DNA of 64,000 bases from Verrucomicrobiia bacterium (GCA_035508215.1 DATJNK010000012.1:32007-96006), one strand, 5' to 3'; counted from the first letter of the stretch, positions 26,574-36,571 are shown. Notes: a model not told the origin generated them from the sequence alone. Translations and numbers: made by a program.

Positions 26574-28397
26574 ATGGTCCTCTTACAGCACAAACTCAGC
26601 GTGAAGCTCTCCCAGCGCCAGATCCTGACTCCTGGCCTGGTGCAGATGGTTTCCGTCCTGGCGCTCAACAAGCTTGAACTCAAGGACATGATCAACGCTG
26701 AGATGGTCGAGAACCCGGTTCTGGAGGAACTCGATGATTCCGTTCCTCTTCTCGATGAGGTCGGCAAGAAGGAGGAAGATCGCGAGCGGGCTTCCACAGC
26801 CACAACCGAAGAGAATCCCATTACCGCCGTCGAGAAGAAAGATCCCTTCGAAGAGATCGATTTCGGCTCGTTCTTTCAGGATTATCTGGACCCCGGCTAT
26901 CGCACCCATAGCGAGATGGAGGAGATCGAGCGTCCATCGTTCGAGAACTTTCTCTCCAAGCCTTCCAATCTGACGGATCATCTCTCGTGGCAGCTCGGTT
27001 CTCTGAGTTTGCGGCCGGAGGTCCGGGAGGCTGCCGACCTGATTGTCGGCAACTTGAACGAAGATGGATATCTGATCGCCAGTGACGACGAGTTGCTCGG
27101 CATCGTGCCGGCCGCGTCTCCTGAGGCCGATGCAGCAACAGCCAAGAACATTGTGAGCGAGGCTCAGGCCCTGGGGTTGGGAGAGGACGCTGGTCCGAGT
27201 ATTGAATCCGAAGAGGCGTCGACCTCCGTTGGAACGGAGTCTTCTGAAATCCCCGACCGGACCGGAACCGACGCTGACTCTGGTTACAGCGACATCGTGA
27301 ATGCTTCGCCCGGCGATGTGCTGCCGGGGGTTGAGCTTCCTCGCGAGGCATCGGTGTCGTCGAACGGAGACTCGGCTGCCGCCACGGCTCCGGCCAAGGT
27401 CCCGACATCGCAATCGACTCCGGCTTACAAACCTCGATTCACCGCTACGGACCTGCAGGAGGCTCTCGAAGTCATCCGCCAGCTCGATCCTCCGGGCGTG
27501 GGCTGCCGAGACCTGCGCGAATGCCTGCTCTCTCAGCTTCGCTATCATCAGGCCCAGTTGGCTCTCCACAAGAATGGGAACGGCACCGCGCAGGTTCTGC
27601 GCGATGCCATTGCCGTTGTCGATCAGCACCTGCGCGATCTGCAAAGCAAGCGTCACAAGGAAATTGCCAAGGCGATCGGCCGCCCGATCGAAGCCGTCGA
27701 GCAGGCGCTCGGCTATATTCGGACGCTCGATCCTCGCCCCGGTCTGCGTTACAACAAGGTGCAGGCAAGGCTGATCGAGCCCGATGTGGCCTTCGTCAAG
27801 CACGGGGACGAATGGCTGGTCATCATGAATGACGAAGACCTGCCGCAGCTGCGCCTGAATCCCGCCTACAAGAAGCTGCTGGCGCGCGACGGCAACGAGA
27901 AAAGCACGCGCGATTACGTGAAAGAGCGCTACAAGAGCGCCATTCAGCTGATCAAGAACATCGAGCAGCGCAAGCAGACCATCACCAAAGTCTGCTACTG
28001 CATCCTTGCCCGGCAGCAGGAATTCCTGGAACGGGGCATCGACTTTCTCAAGCCGATGATGATCAAGGAGGTAGCCGAAGAAATCGGCGTGCATCCGTCG
28101 ACGGTCAGCCGTGCCGTGGCCAACAAGTACGCCCACACTCCGCAAGGCGTATTCGAGCTGCGGTATTTCTTCAGCGAGAGTGTGCAGGGGCCGGAGGGCG
28201 GCAATACTTCCTTGCTCATCCTCAAGCGCCGCGTCAAGAAACTCATCGATGAAGAGGATCCCAGCCGTCCGTTGACCGACGAGCAGATCACCCGCATCCT
28301 GCAGTCACAGGGCATTCAGGTGACCCGCCGCACGGTGGCCAAATACCGCGAAGACATGCGCATTCCCAGCACGCACCAGCGCCGAGTCAAGAAATAG
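26574..28397 (+). CDS. rpoN: RNA polymerase sigma-54 factor RpoN
   Basis: Region I LSQRQILTPGLVQMVSVLAL, HTH EVAEEIGVHPSTVSRAV, and RpoN box RRTVAKYRE. Start taken at ATG 26574; an in-frame TTG at 26559 is also possible. Confidence 0.92.
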   Translation: MVLLQHKLSVKLSQRQILTPGLVQMVSVLALNKLELKDMINAEMVENPVLEELDDSVPLLDEVGKKEEDRERASTATTEENPITAVEKKDPFEEIDFGSFFQDYLDPGYRTHSEMEEIERPSFENFLSKPSNLTDHLSWQLGSLSLRPEVREAADLIVGNLNEDGYLIASDDELLGIVPAASPEADAATAKNIVSEAQALGLGEDAGPSIESEEASTSVGTESSEIPDRTGTDADSGYSDIVNASPGDVLPGVELPREASVSSNGDSAAATAPAKVPTSQSTPAYKPRFTATDLQEALEVIRQLDPPGVGCRDLRECLLSQLRYHQAQLALHKNGNGTAQVLRDAIAVVDQHLRDLQSKRHKEIAKAIGRPIEAVEQALGYIRTLDPRPGLRYNKVQARLIEPDVAFVKHGDEWLVIMNDEDLPQLRLNPAYKKLLARDGNEKSTRDYVKERYKSAIQLIKNIEQRKQTITKVCYCILARQQEFLERGIDFLKPMMIKEVAEEIGVHPSTVSRAVANKYAHTPQGVFELRYFFSESVQGPEGGNTSLLILKRRVKKLIDEEDPSRPLTDEQITRILQSQGIQVTRRTVAKYREDMRIPSTHQRRVKK

Positions 28398-28810
28398 TTT
28401 TGGAAAGGGCATGGCTTTCGTCATGCCGAACAAGTTGGACCCAGGAACCGGGGCTTTAGCCCCTGAGGTTTCCGCAACGATGAAGCGATTAGTGACAAGT
28501 GCCATAATCGCAACCTGCCTCTGTCCGATCATTGTTTACTCCACTTCAGTGAGTCAGAGCATCTGCTCAAACGGGAAGACGTGCGACTGCGTGGTGGAAT
28601 GGATTCCACCGTTTCACCGTCCCGTTCGCATCCCTGAGGCTCGCTGGTGGACGCTGCTCCGAATCCAGTTTGCGTCGATGGTTGTACCCGCTGCGCTCTG
28701 GACATCCGTCGGAGTGGGAAAGCTGCGTTCTCAATTGCTCGTCCATGATCTTGCTGTCGAGGGTTCTAATAGGAGTCCCAATTCGTAACCACAATTAGGG
28801 AGGGGCGCTC

Positions 28811-29419
28811 ATGAACGTGGAGTACACCGGAAGACACTACGAAGTCACCCCCACGATCCGCAAAGAAGTTGAAACCGGCCTCGCTAAAATCCGTAAAATC
28901 CTGGGCGATCGATTCGAAACCAAAGTCATTCTCGCGGTCGAGAAACACCGTCACAAGGCGGAAATCACCATCAGTCCACGCAATGGCCCGCTGGTCGGCC
29001 TGGCTCAGGCCAAAGACATGACGATCGCCGTGAATGAAGCCCTCGAGCATCTCGAGAAGCAGGCCATCAAATACAAAACGCGCTGGGAATCCAAGAAGCG
29101 TTCGGCCCGCAAGAGCGAAGAAGACAAGAAGTGGAATGGTCACGCGACACAGGAAGACGTGCACACCGCCGTCGGACTGACTGAAAAGACGGCCGTGCCC
29201 GTTCTGGTGCATAAGTATCCAGCCGTGGCTAAAACCACCGAGGTGCATCTGGTTCGTTCCGACGACTCGGTGGCGATGCGGCCTATGACCCTCGAAGAAG
29301 CCATCAAGGAAGCCCATTTCAAGGACCGCGATGTCTTCGTCTTCCGCGATCCCAAGGGCAAAGTGATGGTGCTGCACCGTGCTCGGGACGGCAAATTGCA
29401 GTTGATCGAAGTGCCGTAA
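28811..29419 (+). CDS. hpf: ribosome hibernation promoting factor, long form (HPF)
   Basis: MNVEYTGRHYEVTP..R..VE.....KIL...... is the S30AE/HPF N-domain. A C-terminal dimerisation domain is also present (MTLEEAIKEAHFKDRDVFVFRDPKGKVMVLHR). GGGAGGGG RBS upstream. Confidence 0.9.
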   Translation: MNVEYTGRHYEVTPTIRKEVETGLAKIRKILGDRFETKVILAVEKHRHKAEITISPRNGPLVGLAQAKDMTIAVNEALEHLEKQAIKYKTRWESKKRSARKSEEDKKWNGHATQEDVHTAVGLTEKTAVPVLVHKYPAVAKTTEVHLVRSDDSVAMRPMTLEEAIKEAHFKDRDVFVFRDPKGKVMVLHRARDGKLQLIEVP

Positions 29420-29564
29420 GAACAGCTGGCGGCGGTCAGCCATCGGCTGTCAGCAATGAGTTGGGCGCCCCACTTCTGGCCGGTGTTGCCGGGAGCGATG
29501 GTCGTCATGCAATCGGACCAGCAGGCCCTACGAAGCGCTCCAGTTTCTCGAAGGTTATAGTAGA

Positions 29565-30419
29565 TCATTTGCTCTGTAGGGTGATGCCCTCGGCTTCGAC
29601 CGGGACGCCGCACTTTCCGCCTCGCAAAGCGTCAAGAAATGCCAAGGTCTCCAGCAGTGTGAGTTTCTCGGTTGTCCGGGCGAAGCCGATTCCCGCGAAA
29701 TTCATGTGCGTGGCGCCGGCAATCACGCCGAGCCACTTACATCCCGGCGGCAGGCTGTCGTACGGAATCGTGCGCGTCTTCCATTCGCCGTCCAGTGACC
29801 CGTCGCGCGTGCCCGTGAGCAGCAGCATGGGTTTTCGAATCCCGCTCCACGCATTCTGCGGAAACATCGTTCCCGGACCGTCGGGCGAGAGCGCGACATA
29901 GGCGTCGAACCGGTCAAGACCTTTCACGCCGAAATTGTTCCTGGTTCCGGCCTCGACTTCGACCGTGCGCGCTCCCATGGAGTGTCCGAGCAACGCCACG
30001 AACGGAGCTTTGCACGAGGCGTTGGCAAACTGAAGAGCGGCAGCAATATCCATAAGTCGGGCGTTGTAAGCTGCCGGATCGTTCACCAGTTCCTGCAATC
30101 CTTTCTTGATTCCGCGGGACTCCCGCATGTCCGATCGCAAGGCGGCTGCCCCGCTTTCCTTGTGGCCCATCACGATGACACGCCAGCCGTCATCGCGCAT
30201 GCCTTCGGCCAGGTATTTGTAGCCGTCTTCGCTGCCTCCGGCTCCAGGGGAAATCAGAGCCAGCGGAGCGCAGCTGCCGGACTTCGGCGCATACACGCGC
30301 AACGGAGTTCGGGCCCCATCGGCGCGTTGTGCTTGTACCAGATCCTGGCCAAAAGCGGCGCCGGATAGACCAAATGTCACGCTTGTGAACACGACAGCCG
30401 CCGTCCGGAAAAGTCTCAA
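29565..30419 (-). CDS. secreted alpha/beta hydrolase (lipase / dienelactone-hydrolase / PAF-acetylhydrolase-like)
   Basis: Nucleophile elbow LLGHSMGARTV. The signal peptide RLFRTAAVVFTSVTFGLSGAAFGQ follows a TTG start at 30419, which is preceded by an AGGAGA RBS. The ORF-track start at 30533 is probably too far upstream. Confidence 0.7.
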   Translation of the reverse strand: MRLFRTAAVVFTSVTFGLSGAAFGQDLVQAQRADGARTPLRVYAPKSGSCAPLALISPGAGGSEDGYKYLAEGMRDDGWRVIVMGHKESGAAALRSDMRESRGIKKGLQELVNDPAAYNARLMDIAAALQFANASCKAPFVALLGHSMGARTVEVEAGTRNNFGVKGLDRFDAYVALSPDGPGTMFPQNAWSGIRKPMLLLTGTRDGSLDGEWKTRTIPYDSLPPGCKWLGVIAGATHMNFAGIGFARTTEKLTLLETLAFLDALRGGKCGVPVEAEGITLQSK

Positions 30420-30610
30420 GTGAATCTCCTGTTCAGTAGGATGCCCAACAGAATAAAACACCGCGAGACGAACCGAGTTGCACAGCGTTGTACTGACGCC
30501 GCGTCGGATTGAGTTTTGCATGGACGTCGACATCCCGACATGCCTCTATTGATACGTTTGAATGGCTGGATTTGCGTGCTAAAATTCGCGGTCGAGGGAG
30601 ATCCGCAACC

Positions 30611-31522
30611 ATGATTCGTACCTTTGTGCGTTTTGCTGCAGCCCTTGCCTCCGTGGTCTCGTCCATCATTCTGGTCCCGGCCCCGCCCGTTTGTGCACAA
30701 TCAGTCGCGCCTGAGGCCAAGCTGTCGGTTCATTGGGAGGAACTGACCGCGTCCGACTTTCGCGAAGGCATTCATCGATCGCAGGGAACCTGCCTGCTCC
30801 CCTTCGGGATTCTCGAAAAGCATGGTCCTCATTTGCCGCTGGGGACGGATTTGCTTGATGTCCGCTATGCTGCACTGCACGCCGCAGAAAAAGAATATGC
30901 CGTGGTCTTTCCCGAATATTATTTTGGCCAGATCGCCGAGGCCCGCCACGAGCCGGGGACAATTGCCTACAGCCGCGACTTGCAGCTTGAACTGCTCCAG
31001 GAGACGACCGACGAAATGGCGCGCAACGGCTGCAAGAAAGTTCTGATCGTCAATGGCCACGGCGGCAACGAACACCTGCTGCCGTACTTTGCCCAGACGC
31101 AACTGGACAAGCCACACGATTACGTGGTCTACGTTCTCGACGAGCGCACGCCCGAACACGGCGGCCCGCCGAAGAAGAGCACCATCGATATGCACGCCGG
31201 AGAGAGTGAGACCTCAAAGATGCTGGTGGCGCGGCCCGATCTGGTGCACATGGATCGGGCGAAAAACGAATCGGGAGCGGATCAAGCCCGTCAGAAGATT
31301 CCCGACGATCTCTACACCGGCATTTGGTGGTATACGCGCTTTCCCTTCCACTACTCCGGTGATGGCTCGGTGGCGACGCGGGAACTGGGTGAGTATCAGA
31401 TGAATTGGTGGATCGACCAGATTGTCAACGGCATCCGCGCTGTCAAAGGTGACGATGTCAGCCTGAAGCTGCAAAAGGAGTTCTACGAGAAGACCACGCA
31501 CCCGCTCGACACGCAGCCGTAG
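30611..31522 (+). CDS. creatininase-family amidohydrolase with signal peptide
   Basis: Creatininase (PF02633-type) motifs LPFGILEKHGPHLPLGTD and LIVNGHGGN. The N-terminus MIRTFVRFAAALASVVSSIILVPAPPVCAQ looks like a Sec signal. Start set at ATG 30611. Confidence 0.8.
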   Translation: MIRTFVRFAAALASVVSSIILVPAPPVCAQSVAPEAKLSVHWEELTASDFREGIHRSQGTCLLPFGILEKHGPHLPLGTDLLDVRYAALHAAEKEYAVVFPEYYFGQIAEARHEPGTIAYSRDLQLELLQETTDEMARNGCKKVLIVNGHGGNEHLLPYFAQTQLDKPHDYVVYVLDERTPEHGGPPKKSTIDMHAGESETSKMLVARPDLVHMDRAKNESGADQARQKIPDDLYTGIWWYTRFPFHYSGDGSVATRELGEYQMNWWIDQIVNGIRAVKGDDVSLKLQKEFYEKTTHPLDTQP

Positions 31523-31588
31523 GTTTCAGCGCGATTTCAGGGCCGCAAGTTGCGGGGGAAGAAGTCAAGAAATCTGCAAGCTGGAATC

Positions 31589-32545
31589 CTAGGAGCTTCC
31601 GATCAGCACGCCGGTGATGAACACCAGCACGCCGCCGAGACCCACTTGCAGCGCCGCAGTCACCCACGGTGTGTCCATATAGCGGCGCCGGATCCAGGTA
31701 ATCGCTCCCAGCTCGCCGAGCACGACTAATCCCGCCGCCCAGAGCGCAACCCGGAAGTCGTGAATCAGGAACGGGAGTGTATGTCCGATTCCGCCAACAG
31801 CGGTCATTAAGCCGCAGATTACGCCGCGTACCCATGGGTGCCCGCGGCCAGTCAGGCTGCCGTCGTCGGAGAGTGCCTCGGCAAAGCCCATGCTGATCCC
31901 CGCGCCCGCTGATGCGGCCAGGCCAACCAGAAAGGCGTCCCAACTCTTCTGCGTCGCCAATGCTGCCGCAAACACCGGGGCCAGAGTCGAGACAGAACCA
32001 TCCATCAGGCCGGCCAGACCCGGTTGCACGATCTGCAGCACGAATAGGCGCCGCTGGGCCTGCTCTTCGTCCGCTTTCACGTTTGCAGGAAGCTTCTCTT
32101 TATCGAGCTCCAGAGCGCGCTCTTCGTGCGATCGCTCTTCCGTCGCAAGATCGTCAAGGAGTTGTCGAATGCTGACGTCCTGGGTGCGTGCCGCGGCCTT
32201 TTCGTAGAAGCGGCGGGTTTCGACTTCCATCGTGCTGGCCTCTTTGCGTACCGCTTCGATCCGCAAGGGCCGGACCAGCCAGAGCGCCGGTCGTTCCACA
32301 AAGCCGCGCACGTCCTGCCGCCGAATCAACGGAATATGTTCGCCGAATTTCTTCTGGAAAAGCTCCAACAAGCGGCGCCGATGTCCGGATTCCTCTTCCC
32401 GCATTCCGTCAAACATCGAAGCCGTTCCCGGGTAGTCCGCCCGCAGGCCCTCGGCAAAATCCGCGTAAACACGCTCGTCTTCCTCTTCCAGAGAGATCGC
32501 CAGCGCCAGCACTTCCCGTTCGGTCAGCTCTTCGAACTTTTTCAT
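31589..32545 (-). CDS. ferritin-like domain / VIT1(CCC1)-family iron transporter fusion
   Basis: The N-terminal rubrerythrin/ferritin-like helices are [17 protein letters not shown] and [11 protein letters not shown]. The C-terminal hydrophobic VIT1-type domain contains [17 protein letters not shown] and [11 protein letters not shown]. Start set at ATG 32545 (MKKFEE). Confidence 0.8.
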   Translation of the reverse strand: MKKFEELTEREVLALAISLEEEDERVYADFAEGLRADYPGTASMFDGMREEESGHRRRLLELFQKKFGEHIPLIRRQDVRGFVERPALWLVRPLRIEAVRKEASTMEVETRRFYEKAAARTQDVSIRQLLDDLATEERSHEERALELDKEKLPANVKADEEQAQRRLFVLQIVQPGLAGLMDGSVSTLAPVFAAALATQKSWDAFLVGLAASAGAGISMGFAEALSDDGSLTGRGHPWVRGVICGLMTAVGGIGHTLPFLIHDFRVALWAAGLVVLGELGAITWIRRRYMDTPWVTAALQVGLGGVLVFITGVLIGSS

Positions 32546-32692
32546 GACGCCATAGATTACCTGCCCATCGCGGCGGAAGACAATCCGTAATTCCGGTTTC
32601 CTCTCCGCCCATGCTTGCCGCAGAGCGACGTATCTCAATCGCCAATCGTCCAGCCGAAGCGGGCACGGGGCTTTCGATGCTACTATCCGTTC

Positions 32693-33628
32693 ATGCGGTC
32701 GCGAAAAGCTTCAGGAGGCTTGCGGGCAACACCCCGTCAAAGCGGGAAGCAAGGGAAGAGGAAAAAGGGCAAAGCGACGCCGGAACTGGTCATCATCACC
32801 GGGATGAGCGGCTCCGGGAAGGCTTCTGTCTTGAAGGCCTTCGAGGATCTCGGCTATTACTGCGTCGATAACCTGCCGATCCAGTTGATCCCGGAATTTG
32901 CCGAACTCGCCGTGCAGTCGAGCGAAATCCGTCGGACCGCGCTGGTGGTGGATGTTCGAGAGGGCTCCCGCCTGGAAAGGCTGCCGGGAATTTTGAAGTC
33001 CGTCCGGCGGATGATCCCGACCAAGGTCGTGTTCCTCGAGGCCTCCGACGCAGTCCTGTTGCGCCGCTTCAGCGAGACGCGCCGCCCGCATCCGCTGGGC
33101 ACCAATGCCCCGGTCAAGGCCGCATTGAAAGAAGAGCGACGCCACCTGGGCTCGATTCGTCGTCTTGCTGACTTCGTCATCGACACATCCAAGTTCAACG
33201 TCCACGAACTGCGCGCGCACATCCACGAGCGCTTTCAGCGGCAGTCTGCTGAGAAGAGCATCCTGGTCTCCTGCGTCAGCTTCGGCTTCCGCCAGGGCGT
33301 TCCTGAAGATGCCGATCTTGTCTTTGACGTTCGTTTCCTGCCCAACCCGCATTTCGTTCCCGAGTTTCGACCCCTCACGGGACGTCACCCGCGAGTCGCA
33401 AAATACATTCGTTCGTTTCCCCAGACCAAAGAATTCGTCTCACGCATCTCCGATCTGCTGATCTATTTGTTGCCTCACTACATCCACGAAGGCAAGAGCT
33501 ACCTGACTATCGCCTTTGGCTGTACTGGCGGCCAGCATCGCTCGGTGATGATCGCCGAAGAGGTTCGCAAGCATCTTCGTCGCGCCGGATACCGCGTCAA
33601 AGTTGTGCATCGCGACAGCCCCAGATAG
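32693..33628 (+). CDS. rapZ: RNase adapter / nucleotide-binding protein RapZ (YvcJ family)
   Basis: Walker [20 protein letters not shown], and the C-terminal [11 protein letters not shown] motif. Start set at ATG 32693. Confidence 0.9.
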   Translation: MRSRKASGGLRATPRQSGKQGKRKKGKATPELVIITGMSGSGKASVLKAFEDLGYYCVDNLPIQLIPEFAELAVQSSEIRRTALVVDVREGSRLERLPGILKSVRRMIPTKVVFLEASDAVLLRRFSETRRPHPLGTNAPVKAALKEERRHLGSIRRLADFVIDTSKFNVHELRAHIHERFQRQSAEKSILVSCVSFGFRQGVPEDADLVFDVRFLPNPHFVPEFRPLTGRHPRVAKYIRSFPQTKEFVSRISDLLIYLLPHYIHEGKSYLTIAFGCTGGQHRSVMIAEEVRKHLRRAGYRVKVVHRDSPR

Positions 33629-33771
33629 CCAGGCTCGGGGGCACACACCAGGGCCGAAGGGAAACCACAATGCCATATCCTCGGATGGCAAGTCCGGTAG
33701 AATAAGGCCTTGCAGCATATGTTGATTCAACGGGCAGTCGGCGGTTGCCGTTCGCCTCGCCCGGGAGCCCC

Positions 33772-35622
33772 ATGCGGCAACTGACGCGTCTCATTCGTTA
33801 TGCTTTGCCCTATTGGTGGCAGATCCTGGCCTCGGTGATGCTCATGGCGGCCGTCGGGGCGCTCGATGCCTTCAAGTACCTGCTCATCCGCCCCATCTTC
33901 GATCGCGTCCTCAACCCGGCCAGCGGCTCCAAAGCCATTCAACTGTTTACCATTCCCCACACCCATCACACGCTCTACCTGCAGCAACTGGTGCCCTCGC
34001 ATTTCACCAACGCCTGGAATATAGTCGCCTTCGCCCTCGTCGCTTCGACCATCCTGAAAGGAATCTGCGACTATACCGGGACGTATCTGGTCAATCACGC
34101 CGGATTCGGCATGATTACCGACCTGCGTGACGACCTTTACACCGCTATCCTCCGCCGCTCCGCCGCATTCTTCTCGCGCCACACGACCGGCACGCTTCTT
34201 TCCACGATCGTCAACGATATCGAGCGCGTTCAGTACGCCATGTCGACCGTGTTGGCCGAATCCTTGCAGCAGTTCTTTACCTTCGTCTTCGTGGCTGGAG
34301 TCGTCATCGTGCTCGGCAGGGAACTTTCCTGGATTCTTCTACTCTTCGTTCCGGTCATCATTTACTCCTCGCGCAAGATCGGGACTCGCGTCCGGCGCAC
34401 AACCCGTCACGGCCAGGACAAGCTCGCTGAAATCCAGAACATCCTGCACGAAACCATCACCGGCAACCGCATCGTCAAAGCGTTCAATACCGAGAACTGG
34501 GAAATCTCCCGTTTTCGTAGCGCGGCCCTGCGCCTGTTTCGCGCCAATCTCCGTTCTGTTGCCGCCGCGGCCCTGAGTTCTCCGCTGATGGATATCTTCG
34601 GCATGATCGGCGTTGCGCTTCTTCTTCTGTTCGGCCGCGAGCAGATCAAAGATGGCCGCATGGAACTCGGTGTCTTCGTCGCTTTCATTACGGCCGTCTT
34701 CAGCCTCTACAATCCTGTCCGCAAGTTTGCTGTGTTCAACAACAACTTCCAGCAGGCTCTCGGTGCCTCCTCGGAGGTCTTCAAGTTTATGGATCTTGAA
34801 GACGACGTCAAAGAGAAGCCCCGCGCCTTGGTGCTCCCGAGATTCAATTCAAGTGTCCGCTTTGAGAGCGTCAGCTTTTCCTACGCTCCGGAGCACGCCG
34901 GTGACGGAGCACGTGAGGCTCTCCACGGGATCGATCTCGACGTCAAACGTGGCGAAGTGCTGGCCATCGTCGGGTCGAGCGGCGCCGGCAAGAGCACCCT
35001 GGTTCACTTGATCCCGCGTTTCTTCGACGTTACCGGCGGACGTATCCTCATCGATGGTCACGACGTCCGCGATGTGACCCTGACCTCGTTGCGATCTCAG
35101 GTCGGCATCGTCACCCAGGAGACCGTGCTATTTAACGACACGGTTCGCAACAACATCGCTTACGGCCAACCCAGTGTCCCCATGAAGGACGTCGAAGCTG
35201 CCGCCCGCGCCGCGCTCGCTCACGACTTCATTCGGAGCCTGCCCTCGGGTTACGATACGGTGATCGGAGAGCGGGGCGTGCGGCTTTCCGGAGGCGAACG
35301 TCAGCGTCTTGCGATCGCGCGGGCTTTGCTGAAGAATGCGCCGATTCTGATTCTCGACGAAGCGACCTCGGCTCTCGACAGTGAGTCGGAAGCACTGGTA
35401 CAGTCCGCTTTGCACAACCTGATGACAGGCCGCACCGTGTTCGTCATCGCCCATCGCCTTTCGACTGTCCGGCGTGCGGATCGGATCATGGTCATTGAAA
35501 ATGGGGCAATCTCCGATATCGGCGCCCACGAGGAACTGATGCGCAAGCTGGGTACCTATCGGCGTCTTTACGAGCTGCAGTTTGTGAATATGGAAGCACC
35601 CAGAGCAGTGGCGAAGACTTAA
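33772..35622 (+). CDS. ABC exporter, fused permease/ATPase (MsbA-like lipid flippase family)
   Basis: Six-TM N-domain, then Walker A GSSGAGKST, signature LSGGERQRLAIARAL and Walker B ILILDEATSALD. The MsbA assignment is suggested only by family resemblance and by proximity to the lpt genes. Confidence 0.75.
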   Translation: MRQLTRLIRYALPYWWQILASVMLMAAVGALDAFKYLLIRPIFDRVLNPASGSKAIQLFTIPHTHHTLYLQQLVPSHFTNAWNIVAFALVASTILKGICDYTGTYLVNHAGFGMITDLRDDLYTAILRRSAAFFSRHTTGTLLSTIVNDIERVQYAMSTVLAESLQQFFTFVFVAGVVIVLGRELSWILLLFVPVIIYSSRKIGTRVRRTTRHGQDKLAEIQNILHETITGNRIVKAFNTENWEISRFRSAALRLFRANLRSVAAAALSSPLMDIFGMIGVALLLLFGREQIKDGRMELGVFVAFITAVFSLYNPVRKFAVFNNNFQQALGASSEVFKFMDLEDDVKEKPRALVLPRFNSSVRFESVSFSYAPEHAGDGAREALHGIDLDVKRGEVLAIVGSSGAGKSTLVHLIPRFFDVTGGRILIDGHDVRDVTLTSLRSQVGIVTQETVLFNDTVRNNIAYGQPSVPMKDVEAAARAALAHDFIRSLPSGYDTVIGERGVRLSGGERQRLAIARALLKNAPILILDEATSALDSESEALVQSALHNLMTGRTVFVIAHRLSTVRRADRIMVIENGAISDIGAHEELMRKLGTYRRLYELQFVNMEAPRAVAKT

Positions 35623-35638
35623 GGACACTTTACGATCG

Positions 35639-36571
35639 ATGGCCATCCGTTCCATGACGGGGTTCGCGCAGGTTCGGGGCGAAGTGCAGCGCCAGCCCGG
35701 TTCCGCCGGCCGGGTCGCGCCGACTGCATCCAACGGACGGCTATCGTTCGCGCTCTCGCTCAAGTCAGTGAATCACCGGTTCCTCGATCTGCATTTCCGC
35801 CTACCGGCGGGCGCGGACTCGCTCGAGATGCAGCTGCGCCGCCTGCTCAAAGAGAAGATTTCGCGCGGCCACGTCGAAGTCACTTTGAGCATGGAACGCT
35901 CGGGCACGGATGCATTCGCCCTGAACCGCGAAATCATCGGAGGGTACATCGCGGCATTTCGCGCCGCGGCGGCGGAGTTCTCGCTCTCAGCCGACCCCGA
36001 TCTCAATGCCGTTCTGCGTATTCCCGGGGCGCTCGATTCGGCCACTCAATCTCCCGATGACGAAATTGAGGCTTCGGTTTTGGCGGCGGTGGATGAAACT
36101 CTCCAGCGCCTCAACCAGATGCGGGAGGAGGAGGGTCTCAGCATTGCCCGTGAACTGCGCGAGCGTATGGCGCATTTATTGCAGGCCGGCAAGAGCGTCC
36201 AGAGTCACCGCAAGACAGTGCTGCAGGACTACAGCCAGAGGCTGCAGTCGCGGCTGCAGGAATTGCTCGGCTCCAGTGTCGACAAAGAGCGCGCGCTACA
36301 GGAAGCCGCTCTCCTGGTCGATCGCAGTGATATTCAGGAAGAGATTGTGCGCCTGGAAACCCACGTCCAGCACTTCCTCACTCTGCTCGATTCGGGCGGC
36401 GAAATTGGAAAGAAGCTGGATTTCCTTCTGCAGGAAATGAATCGCGAAGCCAATACGCTGCTTTCGAAAACCTCGGGTTTAGCCGGCGAGGCATTGAAGA
36501 TCACCGAAGCTGGGCTCGTGATGAAGGCGGAAATCGAAAAGTCGCGCGAGCAGGTGCAGAATCTCGAATGA
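35639..36571 (+). CDS. yicC: YicC-family stress-induced protein (endoribonuclease YicC/YloC)
   Basis: N-terminal IRSMTGFA and C-terminal LLQEMNREANTLLSKT motifs. It occupies the conserved yicC-gmk-rpoZ position. Confidence 0.85.
   Translation: MAIRSMTGFAQVRGEVQRQPGSAGRVAPTASNGRLSFALSLKSVNHRFLDLHFRLPAGADSLEMQLRRLLKEKISRGHVEVTLSMERSGTDAFALNREIIGGYIAAFRAAAAEFSLSADPDLNAVLRIPGALDSATQSPDDEIEASVLAAVDETLQRLNQMREEEGLSIARELRERMAHLLQAGKSVQSHRKTVLQDYSQRLQSRLQELLGSSVDKERALQEAALLVDRSDIQEEIVRLETHVQHFLTLLDSGGEIGKKLDFLLQEMNREANTLLSKTSGLAGEALKITEAGLVMKAEIEKSREQVQNLE

Noticed and set aside
26583-28145. Very long antisense ORFs opposite confirmed genes. Examples: 26583-28145(-) opposite rpoN, 59156-60238(+) opposite pilT, 53346-54392(+) opposite alaS, 9824-10882(+) opposite the beta-ureidopropionase gene, 14366-15490(-) opposite the TonB receptor, 17733-18728(-), 41186-42253(-), 47387-48427(+), 20586-21509(+) and 22444-23235(+).
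   Set aside because: Stop-poor antisense frames are expected in GC-rich DNA. Their translations are Arg/Gly/His-rich with no recognisable motifs, whereas the sense-strand products have unambiguous family signatures.
28411-28788. 125-aa ORF in the rpoN-hpf spacer as a real gene.
   Set aside because: It has weaker third-position GC than its neighbours, no RBS and no recognisable family. It is kept only as a possibility within the spacer finding.
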